Source: Rhodospirillaceae bacterium (lineage in GTDB: Bacteria > Pseudomonadota > Alphaproteobacteria > UBA6615). From it: a stretch of DNA of 64,000 nucleotides. The translations under genes and the position numbers were made by a program. The notes under the pieces were generated by a model. It did not search any database and was not told the origin of the DNA. It saw only the letters and a list, made by a program, of their open reading frames with translations. This document shows, one piece after another, positions 52,207-64,000 of this stretch. The stretch is taken from NCBI GenBank assembly GCA_038117265.1, contig JAYOFO010000006.1, positions 1,696-65,695 on the forward strand, read 5' to 3'. The first letter of the stretch is position 1, and the number at the start of each line of letters is the position of its first letter.

Positions 52207-54411
52207 TCAAAGGAAACTGTAGGGATCGATGTCGATCCGCAGCCGGGCGCGTGACGGGACCCGCACATCCGCGAGCCAGGCACGCAGGATCTGCTGCACC
52301 GCCTGGTCGAGACCTGTCTTGAGCAGCAGGCGCCGGCGGTGCTGGCCGCGCAGCAGCGACAGGGGAGCCGGGGCCGGGCCGAGCACCTGGATGCCGTTGC
52401 CCGTCGGTGCGCGCCGTGCCAGCTCGCGTGCCAGCCCGTCGGCAAGGTCGGGATCGCGGCTCGAGACGACGATCGCGGCCAGCCGGCCGAAGGGCGGCCA
52501 GCTGCCCGCCTTGCGTGCCTCGGTCTCGAGCGCCATGAACGTCTCGCGCTCGCCGGTCTCGAGTGCGCGCATGACCGGGTGTTCGGGCTGGTAGGTCTGG
52601 ATCATCACGCGTCCGGGCCGATCCGCGCGCCCGGCACGGCCCGAGACCTGCTGCAACACCTGGTAGGTGCGCTCGGCGGCCCGCAGGTCGCCGCCGGAAA
52701 GCCCGAGATCGGCATCGACGATGCCGACCAGGGTCAGGCCCGGAAAGTGGTGCCCCTTAGCGACCATCTGGGTGCCGATCAGCACATCCAGCTCGCGTTC
52801 CTCGACCGCGTGCACGAACCGCTGCGCGGCGTCGGGACCGCGCATGGTGTCGCTCGTCATGATCCCGATGCGCGCGTCGGGCAGATGTTCGCGCAGTTCC
52901 TCGGCCAGCCGCTCGACGCCCGGCCCGCACGCGACCAGCGTGTCGGCCTGGCCGCAGGACGGGCAGGTCTCGGGCAGCGGCTCCTCGTAGCCGCAATGAT
53001 GACACTGGATGCGTTTGCGGAACCGGTGCTGGGTCAACCATGCGGTGCAACTCGGACAGGCAATGCGGTGGCCGCAGGTGCGGCACAGGGTGAGCGGTGC
53101 ATAGCCGCGCCGGTTGAGGAAGAGCATCGATTGCTCGCCCGCGGCCAGCGTGTCGGCCATCGTGGCGACTAGGCGCGGCGACAGGAAGCGGTCGGCCCGC
53201 AGGTCGGCCTCGCGCATGTCGATGGTCTCGATGGCGGGCAGTTCGGCCGGCCCGAAACGTTCGGGCAGGGTGATCTCCTCGTAGCGACCGCGCGCGACGT
53301 TGACCCGCGTCTCCAGCGACGGGGTCGCCGAGGCGAGGATGGCGGTACATCCGGCGATCCGTGCGCGCACGACCGCCATGTCGCGCCCGTGATAGGACAC
53401 CCCGTCCTCCTGCTTGAAGGCGGGCTCGTGCTCCTCGTCGATGACGATCAGGCCGAGTTCCGCGAAGGGCAGGAACAGGGCCGAGCGGGCGCCGACCACC
53501 ACACGCGCCTCCCCGGTCGCCACGGCGCGCCAGGTGTCGCGGCGACGCAGCTGGCCGAGGTCGGAATGCCAGACCGCGGGTGCAACGCCGAACCGCCGCT
53601 CGAACCGGTCGAGCCACTGCGGCGTCAGCGCGATCTCGGGCAGCAGGACGAGGGCCTGGCGTCCGCGCGCCAGGGCGGCCGCAACGGCTTCGAGATACAC
53701 CTCGGTCTTGCCCGAGCCGGTGACACCGTCCAGCAGTATCACGGCGAACCGGTCCGCTGCGACATGGGCGCGAAGGGCCGCCGCCGCGGCTTCCTGGTCC
53801 GGCGACAGTTCGGGCCCCGGCGTGTCGGGATCGGGTGCCGCGAAGATCGGTGGCGGCGGAACGGCGTGCGCCAGCAGGGCGCCCACCTCGACGAGGCCCT
53901 TGATGACACTGTGGCCGACGCCGGCCTCGGCCGACAGGTCGGTGCGGGTGAGGGCGGGACCGTCAGCGACGATATCGAGCACGCGCGTTCGTGCCGGCGT
54001 CATGCGCAGGCCATCGGGAACGGTGCCGGCGTTATAGACCGTGACAGTGCGCGGCGGCTCCAGCGCGCCGGGGGCACGCACCGCCATGCGCAGCACGGCG
54101 CCGGGTGCGTTGAGGGTGTAGGCGGCGACCCACTCGACGAAGCGCCGCACCTCGTCGGGCAACGGCGTCGCGTCGAGGCGGGCCGTGATGGGGCGCAGCT
54201 TTGTGTCGTCGACATCGCCCGCGGCGGGGCCCCAAACGACGCCCGTCACCTCGCGTCCGCCGAGCGGCACGCGGACGAAGTCGCCGGGCGAGACGCCGAG
54301 ATCGTCCGGCACTCGGTAATCGTACGTCCCGGCCAGGGGCAGCGGCAGCAGGACCGCCACCACGTCGGTGCGGAAATCGTCGGTGGGCGCGGTGGCGTCG
54401 GTTGGGGGCAT
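52207..54411 (-). CDS. priA: Primosomal protein N' (replication restart helicase PriA)
   Basis: 734 aa from [13 protein letters not shown]. Walker [16 protein letters not shown] box. Cys-rich zinc-binding insert ([16 protein letters not shown]...[18 protein letters not shown]). ORF-track 52207..56013 trimmed. Confidence 0.9.
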   Translation of the reverse strand: MPPTDATAPTDDFRTDVVAVLLPLPLAGTYDYRVPDDLGVSPGDFVRVPLGGREVTGVVWGPAAGDVDDTKLRPITARLDATPLPDEVRRFVEWVAAYTLNAPGAVLRMAVRAPGALEPPRTVTVYNAGTVPDGLRMTPARTRVLDIVADGPALTRTDLSAEAGVGHSVIKGLVEVGALLAHAVPPPPIFAAPDPDTPGPELSPDQEAAAAALRAHVAADRFAVILLDGVTGSGKTEVYLEAVAAALARGRQALVLLPEIALTPQWLDRFERRFGVAPAVWHSDLGQLRRRDTWRAVATGEARVVVGARSALFLPFAELGLIVIDEEHEPAFKQEDGVSYHGRDMAVVRARIAGCTAILASATPSLETRVNVARGRYEEITLPERFGPAELPAIETIDMREADLRADRFLSPRLVATMADTLAAGEQSMLFLNRRGYAPLTLCRTCGHRIACPSCTAWLTQHRFRKRIQCHHCGYEEPLPETCPSCGQADTLVACGPGVERLAEELREHLPDARIGIMTSDTMRGPDAAQRFVHAVEERELDVLIGTQMVAKGHHFPGLTLVGIVDADLGLSGGDLRAAERTYQVLQQVSGRAGRADRPGRVMIQTYQPEHPVMRALETGERETFMALETEARKAGSWPPFGRLAAIVVSSRDPDLADGLARELARRAPTGNGIQVLGPAPAPLSLLRGQHRRRLLLKTGLDQAVQQILRAWLADVRVPSRARLRIDIDPYSFL

Positions 54412-54519
54412 CGAGTACACTCTATCGAGCGACTCGCAGGCGGCCAATGCGGCCCGCAGGCGCCCGCAACGCGACAGTCCTGGCACGCCGAAACGTATGA
54501 AGGACAAAGGAATACGGGC

Positions 54520-55209
54520 ATGAAGTTCTTTGTGGATACCGCCGATCTCGCGGAGATCCGCGATCTTGCGGCCACCGGTCTGCTGGACGGCGTCACGACG
54601 AACCCCTCCCTGATCGCCAAGTCGGGCGGCAACATGCTCGACGTGATCGCCGAGATTTGCGACGTCGTGCCCGGCCCGGTCAGCGCCGAGGTCACGGGGA
54701 CGGACGCCGACACGATGCTCGAAGAGGCGGGCGTCCTTTCCGCGGTCGCACCGAACGTGACGATCAAGGTTCCGCTCACGCCTGAGGGGCTGAAGGCCTG
54801 CAAGGCGCTGCGCGATCGCGACGTCATGGTCAACGTCACGCTGTGTTTCTCCGCTGCCCAGGCGATCCTGGCGGCGAAAGCCGGCGCGAACTTCGTGTCG
54901 CCCTTCGTTGGACGGCTCGACGATATCGGCCAGCGCGGCCTCGACCTGATCGAGGACATCGTCGAGATTTACGACCAGTACCCGGCGTTCGAGACCGAAG
55001 TGCTGGTTGCCTCGATCCGCAGCCCGGGTCACGTGGTCGACTCCGCACGCATCGGTGCGCATGTGGCGACCTTGCCCCCGAACGTGCTGCGCCAGCTTTT
55101 CCAGCACCCGCTGACCGACAAGGGGCTCGCGGCCTTCCTCAAGGACTGGGAAGCCACCGGGCAGTCGATCCTGGGACAGGCCGCCGCGCGAAAGAACGCG
55201 GCCGAGTAG
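54520..55209 (+). CDS. tal: Transaldolase / fructose-6-phosphate aldolase (short-type)
   Basis: 229 aa. [34 protein letters not shown] canonical. Schiff-base Lys in TIKVPLT. Divergent from priA (108-nt spacer). Confidence 0.9.
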   Translation: MKFFVDTADLAEIRDLAATGLLDGVTTNPSLIAKSGGNMLDVIAEICDVVPGPVSAEVTGTDADTMLEEAGVLSAVAPNVTIKVPLTPEGLKACKALRDRDVMVNVTLCFSAAQAILAAKAGANFVSPFVGRLDDIGQRGLDLIEDIVEIYDQYPAFETEVLVASIRSPGHVVDSARIGAHVATLPPNVLRQLFQHPLTDKGLAAFLKDWEATGQSILGQAAARKNAAE

Positions 55210-55230
55210 GCCGCGCCGGATGCGGGTTCC

Positions 55231-55962
55231 GTGAGCAAGAAAGCACCACGCCAGGACGCACCCGACGGGACCGCCCTCACCGACGCGCAAGTCGCGCAGT
55301 TCCTGCGGGACGAACCCGAGTTCCTGAGCCGGCACCCGCAACTCCTGTGGGTCCTGATGCCGCCCGAGCGCGAGTTCGCCGACGCGGCGACGGACGGCGG
55401 CGAGGTCGTCGACCTGCAGGGCGCGATGCTCGCACGGCTTCGTGCCGAGCTGAGCCGAAGCGAGACGCAGTGTTCCGACCTGATCGATGCCGGCCGCGCG
55501 AACATGCAGAGTCAGAACCGCATCCATGCGGCGGCGCTCGCTCTGCTCAAGGCCCGCTCCATCGATCATCTGGTCGAGATCCTGACCATCGACCTGGCCG
55601 GCTTGCTGCATGTCGATGCCGTGTCGCTGTGTCTCGAGGGCGGAACCGTAGCCCCGACGACAAACCAGGGCGTGCGCGTCGTGCCGACCGGCACGATCGA
55701 CAAGATCGTCGAGAGCACGCGCGTTGTGACCCTGGAAGCCAATGTGGAGGGCGACCGCCGCATCTATGGGGAGGCGGCGGGCCTCGTGCGCTCGCAGGCG
55801 CTGCTCCGGCTGGCCGTCCGCGAGGGCGCGCCATGTGCGTTGCTCGCCATGGGCAGCCGCGATCCGACCCGCTTCCACAGCGGGCAGGGGACCGAACTCC
55901 TCGGCTTCCTCGCCTCGATCATGGAGCACTGTATCCGCACATGGCTCGATCTGCCGCGCTAG
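55231..55962 (+). CDS. DUF484-family GAF-like protein (conserved partner of xerC)
   Basis: 243 aa. GTG start. Positioned immediately upstream of and overlapping xerC, as in many proteobacteria. Confidence 0.65.
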   Translation: MSKKAPRQDAPDGTALTDAQVAQFLRDEPEFLSRHPQLLWVLMPPEREFADAATDGGEVVDLQGAMLARLRAELSRSETQCSDLIDAGRANMQSQNRIHAAALALLKARSIDHLVEILTIDLAGLLHVDAVSLCLEGGTVAPTTNQGVRVVPTGTIDKIVESTRVVTLEANVEGDRRIYGEAAGLVRSQALLRLAVREGAPCALLAMGSRDPTRFHSGQGTELLGFLASIMEHCIRTWLDLPR

Positions 55963-56918
55963 ACGAGGCGAACCTTCCCGCGGTCGCCGCGGATTGGCAG
56001 GTGCGCCGGGCAATGGAGGGCTGGATCGGGCAACTTGCCGCGGAACGGCGGGCGTCGGACCACACGGTTGCGGCCTACCGCCGCGATGTCGGCGATTTCA
56101 TCGACTTCATGGCTGCGCATTTCGGCGAGGATGTCTCGTGCCGAATCCTGTCGGCGCTCAAGCCGGGAGATTTCCGGGCATGGCTCGCGATGCGGGGCGG
56201 TCGCGCCTATGCCCGCTCCTCGACCGCGCGTGCCCTGTCGGCGGTGCGCACCTTCTTTCGCCATCTCGATCGCGAGGGGCTGGTGCGCAACGCGGCGATC
56301 GGCGCCGTGCGTGCGCCGCGCCTGCCGCGGTCGGTGCCGAAGGCTCTGACCGAGTCCGAGACGGACGACCTGTTGGCCGCAGCGGGCACACCGGCCCGAC
56401 CCGGTGGGCCGTCATGGGTAGCCGCGCGGGATCTGGCGGTCATCCTGCTGCTCTATGGCTGCGGGCTGCGCATCTCGGAGGCATTGTCGCTCGATCGGGA
56501 CGATGTCCCGCGCGACGGTGCGCTGACGATCACCGGCAAGGGCGGAAAGACCCGGATGGTGCCCGTCCTGCCGGTCGTCGTGCAGGCGATCGACGACTAT
56601 TTGCGCCGGTGCCCGCACGGGGCGGGCGCGGAGGGGCCGTTGTTCGTGGGCATGCGGGGCGGGCGGCTGAATGCGCGCACCGTGCAGAAGCGCATCCAGG
56701 AACTGCGCGCGGAACTGGACCTGCCGCCCGAGACGACGCCGCACGCAATGCGGCATTCGTTCGCGACTCATCTCCTGGGTGCGGGCGGTGACCTGCGTGC
56801 GATCCAGGAACTGCTGGGCCATGCGTCGCTGTCGACCACCCAGCGATACACCGACGTCGACAGCGCGCGCCTGCGCGACGTCTATGCGCGCGCACACCCG
56901 CGCGCGCGCCGCGGATAG
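55941..56918 (+). CDS. xerC: Tyrosine recombinase XerC (chromosome dimer resolution)
   Basis: N-terminal core-binding domain (AAERRASDHTVAAYRRDV). C-terminal catalytic R...HxxR...Y (HAMRHSFATHLL...LGHASLSTTQRYT). ATG 55941 overlaps the DUF484 gene by 22 nt; alternative ATG 56013. Confidence 0.85.
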   Translation: MARSAALDEANLPAVAADWQVRRAMEGWIGQLAAERRASDHTVAAYRRDVGDFIDFMAAHFGEDVSCRILSALKPGDFRAWLAMRGGRAYARSSTARALSAVRTFFRHLDREGLVRNAAIGAVRAPRLPRSVPKALTESETDDLLAAAGTPARPGGPSWVAARDLAVILLLYGCGLRISEALSLDRDDVPRDGALTITGKGGKTRMVPVLPVVVQAIDDYLRRCPHGAGAEGPLFVGMRGGRLNARTVQKRIQELRAELDLPPETTPHAMRHSFATHLLGAGGDLRAIQELLGHASLSTTQRYTDVDSARLRDVYARAHPRARRG

Positions 56919-56927
56919 CGGCCGCCG

Positions 56928-57179
56928 TCAGTCGCGAAAGGCGACGACGTCGTATTCGAGCATTCGCCCGTAGTGCCGGCTCCAGTAGCCGGGGACGACG
57001 AGGTGCGGGCGGAAGCCCCTTTCGGCCAGCCGTCCGAGCAGTTCGAGATGGTCGGGCTGTCCGTCGTAGATCTGCTGGAGCGAGAGCTCGAGCTGCAGGC
57101 CCGCGACCCGGTCCCAGGCGATGCCGACGCCGTCGAGGACCTTGTCCTCAAAGCCCTGCGTGTCGGATTTGACGAACAC
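56928..57179 (-). pseudogene. Remnant of an FkbM-family methyltransferase (C-terminal ~85-130 aa only)
   Basis: FVKSDTQGFEDKVLDG...LLGRLAERGFRPHLVVP matches the FkbM C-terminal region. In-frame upstream extension has no stop but reaches the lpdA 3' end at <135 codons total. Too short for an intact about 220-260-aa FkbM protein. Confidence 0.5.
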
Positions 57180-57331
57180 GTTTTCGGAACCGGCCGCGCG
57201 GGTGCTGGCGAGGCGATCGATGCCGGCGTGAGCGAACTGCTCCGCAAGCCCCTCGATCTGGCCGCCCTCGATCGGGCCGTGCGGGGCCTGCTGCCCGAGG
57301 GCTGAGGGGCAGCGTTCCCCCGGGTGTGTCC

Positions 57332-58744
<1,413 letters not shown>

Positions 58745-58748
58745 CCGC

Positions 58749-60389
58749 CTAGACCCCGATCAGCATCCGCTCGGGGTCTTCGATCGCCTGCTTGATGCGG
58801 ACCAGGAAGGCCACCGCCTCGCGGCCGTCGATGATCCGGTGATCATAGCTGAGCGCCACATACATCATCGGCCGGATGACTATCTCGTCGTCGACCACGA
58901 CCGGCCGCTTGACGATGTTGTGCATGCCGAGGATGCCCGACTGCGGCGGGTTGAGGATCGGCGTCGACAGCATCGAGCCGAAGATGCCGCCATTGGTGAT
59001 CGTGAAGGTGCCGCCGGTCAGCTCCTTCATGGTCAGCTTGCCGTCGCGCGCCTTGACGCCGAATTCGGAGATTTCCTTCTCGATCTCGGCGAAACCCTTG
59101 GCGTCGGCGTCGCGCAACACCGGAACGACGAGCCCCTGCGCCCCGCCCACGGCGATGCCGATGTCGTAGTAGTTCTTGTAGATGATCTCGTCGCCGAAGA
59201 TCTCGGCGTTGACGGCCGGCAACTCCTTCAGCGCGTTGACCGCGGCCTTCACGAAGACGGACATGAAGCCCAGCTTGACCCTGTGGCGCTTCTCGAAGTC
59301 GTCGCGGTAGCGCGACCGCAGGTCCATGATGGCCTGCATGTCGATCTCGTTAAAGGTGGTCAACATCGCCGCCGTGTTCTGGGCCTCCTTGAGGCGCGTC
59401 GCCACGGTCTGGCGGAGCTTGGTCATGCGCACCCGTTCCTCGCCGCGCGGGTCGGGCGCGCGCTCGGGCAGGGTATCCGCCGACACGAATCCGGTGGCGG
59501 CCGGAGCGGGTGCCTCAGCGGGCGCCGGCCTGGCGGTTGCGGCCGGGGCGCTGCCGCCGGAATTGAGGAAGCGGACCACGTCGCCCTTCTTCAGGCGCCC
59601 GTCGCGGCCCGTGGCCGGGATCGCGGCCGGGTCCAGCCCGTTCTCGTCCACCAGCTTGCGCACGGCCGGCGCCAGCGGATGGTCGAGGTTCGCCGCGCCG
59701 CCTGCGGCGGGTGTCGGCTCTGCGGCCTTGGGTGCATCGGCCTGCGGTGCCGCGGCAGCGGGTGTCGGCCTGGCGGCGGGTGCGGCGGCACCTTCACCCC
59801 GGGCGATGCGGCCGATGACGGCCCCGACCTCGACGTCCACGCCCTCCGCGGCGACGATCTCGACCAGCGTGCCTGCGAAGGGGGCAGGGATTTCGGCCGT
59901 CACCTTGTCTGTCTCGATCTCGACGATCGGCTCGTCCGCGGCGAAGCCTTCGCCCGCCTGCTTCAGCCAGCGCGCGACGGTGCCCTCGGTGACGGATTCG
60001 CCGAGTTCGGGCACGGTCAGATCGACCGCATCTCCGGACGTGGCGGCAGGGGCGGCGGCCGTTGCGGGTGCTTCAGCAGGGGGCGTCAGTGCAGGAGCGT
60101 CCGCGGCGTCCGCAGCGCTGTCCTTACCGTTGCCCGCGGGCGCCGCCGTGGCGCTCTCGTCGATCGCGCCGATGACGCTGCCGACCTCGACGTCGGTGCC
60201 CTCGCCGGCGGTGATCTCGGTCAGCACCCCGGAACTGGGGGCCGGCACCTCGACCGTGACCTTGTCTGTCTCGATCTCGACCAGCGGCTCGTCGGCCTGG
60301 ATCGCGTCGCCAACCGCCTTGAACCAGCGCGCGACGGTGCCTTCGGTGACGGACTCGCCCATCTCGGGCACGGTGATCTGCATCGTCAT
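58749..60389 (-). CDS. sucB: 2-oxoglutarate dehydrogenase E2 component (dihydrolipoamide succinyltransferase) with two tandem lipoyl domains
   Basis: Two lipoyl domains ([15 protein letters not shown] and [15 protein letters not shown]). Peripheral-subunit-binding domain. Catalytic domain with DHRIIDG. 546 aa. Sits between sucA and lpdA. Confidence 0.9.
   Translation of the reverse strand: MTMQITVPEMGESVTEGTVARWFKAVGDAIQADEPLVEIETDKVTVEVPAPSSGVLTEITAGEGTDVEVGSVIGAIDESATAAPAGNGKDSAADAADAPALTPPAEAPATAAAPAATSGDAVDLTVPELGESVTEGTVARWLKQAGEGFAADEPIVEIETDKVTAEIPAPFAGTLVEIVAAEGVDVEVGAVIGRIARGEGAAAPAARPTPAAAAPQADAPKAAEPTPAAGGAANLDHPLAPAVRKLVDENGLDPAAIPATGRDGRLKKGDVVRFLNSGGSAPAATARPAPAEAPAPAATGFVSADTLPERAPDPRGEERVRMTKLRQTVATRLKEAQNTAAMLTTFNEIDMQAIMDLRSRYRDDFEKRHRVKLGFMSVFVKAAVNALKELPAVNAEIFGDEIIYKNYYDIGIAVGGAQGLVVPVLRDADAKGFAEIEKEISEFGVKARDGKLTMKELTGGTFTITNGGIFGSMLSTPILNPPQSGILGMHNIVKRPVVVDDEIVIRPMMYVALSYDHRIIDGREAVAFLVRIKQAIEDPERMLIGV
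59802..60380. repeat. Intragenic tandem duplication (~220-bp unit, ~75-80% identical) encoding the two lipoyl domains of sucB
   Basis: [12 protein letters not shown]...VEIETDKVT...VDVEVG peptide repeated at aa 4-76 and 124-196. The matching DNA strings (ggcgagtccgtcaccgaaggcaccgtcgcgcgctgg...) are visible twice. Confidence 0.7.
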
Positions 60390-60411
60390 GTCGTGACTCC
60401 TGTCGCGCGCC

Positions 60412-63339
<2,928 letters not shown>

Positions 63340-63416
63340 GTCTTTGCCGCGGTTTCAGGCTGCGGTCCCTGGTTTCAACGCGATGACGCCAAGGCGCCAA
63401 CAATTAGGCGATCCAC

Positions 63417-64000
63417 CTAGCCCTTCAATGCCCTCATCATCGTGGTGCCGATCGCAGCAGGCGAATCGGCAACCAGAATGCCCGCGGATTTCATCGCCTC
63501 CATTTTGGCGTCCGCGGTGCCTTTGCCGCCCGAAATGATGGCGCCGGCATGGCCCATGCGCTTTCCCGGGGGCGCCGTCACGCCGGCGATGAACCCGGCG
63601 ACCGGCTTTTTAGTCTTTGAAGATTTCAGGAATTCGGCGGCGTCCTCTTCGGCCGAGCCGCCGATTTCGCCGATCATGATGATGCCCTCGGTCTCGTCGT
63701 CGCCGAGGAACATGTCGAGGCAGTCGATGAAGTTGGTGCCGTTCACCGGGTCGCCGCCGATGCCGATGCAGGTCGTCTGGCCGAGTCCGACCGCCGTCGT
63801 CTGGGCGACCGCCTCGTAGGTCAGCGTGCCCGAGCGCGACACGATGCCGATCTTGCCGCGCAGATGGATGTGGCCCGGCATGATGCCGATCTTGCACTCG
63901 TCGGGCGTGATGATGCCGGGGCAGTTCGGGCCGATCAGCCGCGTGCTCGAACCCGACAGGGCCCGCTTCACCTTGACCATGTCGAGGACCGGGATGCCCT
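63417..64000 (-). CDS. sucD: Succinyl-CoA synthetase alpha subunit (C-terminal part; gene continues beyond window end)
   Basis: C-terminal CoA-ligase domain with the phosphohistidine loop region ([14 protein letters not shown]). Translation open to the window edge. Confidence 0.9.
   Translation of the reverse strand, partial: GIPVLDMVKVKRALSGSSTRLIGPNCPGIITPDECKIGIMPGHIHLRGKIGIVSRSGTLTYEAVAQTTAVGLGQTTCIGIGGDPVNGTNFIDCLDMFLGDDETEGIIMIGEIGGSAEEDAAEFLKSSKTKKPVAGFIAGVTAPPGKRMGHAGAIISGGKGTADAKMEAMKSAGILVADSPAAIGTTMMRALKG

Noticed and set aside
52207-56013. 1268-aa minus-strand ORF
   Set aside because: Only the C-terminal 734 aa (from ATG 54411) match PriA. The upstream part is antisense to tal and the DUF484 gene.
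55941-56918. xerC as marker of an integrative mobile element
   Set aside because: It is paired with the conserved DUF484 gene and flanked by housekeeping genes (tal, lpdA), as expected for the chromosomal dimer-resolution XerC, not a phage or ICE integrase.

Overview
High-GC (~66-68%) bacterial chromosome segment with alphaproteobacterial gene order. On both strands it is densely packed with real genes; most ORF-track entries are antisense or alternate-frame read-throughs typical of high-GC DNA.

The window splits at a tRNA-Ser(CGA) gene (about 33.8 kb).

Left part (1-33.7 kb): an accessory mosaic of at least eight small catabolic and transport modules on alternating strands.
- MFS transporter, partial, at the window start.
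- A Gfo/Idh/MocA oxidoreductase, a TPP-dependent (acetolactate-synthase-fold) enzyme and a short-chain dehydrogenase/reductase (SDR) in one operon.
- Hydantoinase A/B (HyuA/HyuB) with a divergently transcribed isochorismatase-family cysteine hydrolase.
- A solo formate-THF ligase gene (fhs).
- Acyl-CoA dehydrogenase, bicupin, enoyl-CoA hydratase and CoA ligase.
- upp, followed by a cobalt-type nitrile hydratase alpha/beta pair with an accessory protein.
- An enolase-superfamily gene and a 3-hydroxyisobutyrate-dehydrogenase-like gene.
- An SdhA/NadB-like flavoprotein, RidA, GST and SDR in one operon, with a divergent mono-haem cytochrome c.
- A polyamine-type ABC importer (potF/A/B/C-like).
- A BKACE/Kce-centred cluster with two dienelactone hydrolases, an amidohydrolase-2 enzyme and a TRAP-type solute-binding protein.

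Right part (33.8-64 kb): conserved core.
- rplU-rpmA-obg-proB-(DMT permease)-proA-nadD-rsfS-rlmH.
- gpmA-like, envC-like, ctpA, yibQ-like, rppH.
- A ferritin-like di-iron protein.
- atpHAGDC (F1 sector).
- priA, tal, DUF484-xerC, an FkbM-methyltransferase remnant.
- lpdA, sucB (with a tandem lipoyl-domain duplication), sucA, sucD (partial).

No CRISPR arrays, transposases, integrases or phage genes were seen.

Coordinates for refined starts were derived by codon-counting from the supplied ORF track. Direct base-level reading of the sequence occasionally disagreed by 1-2 nt, so boundaries carry about +/-3 nt uncertainty.
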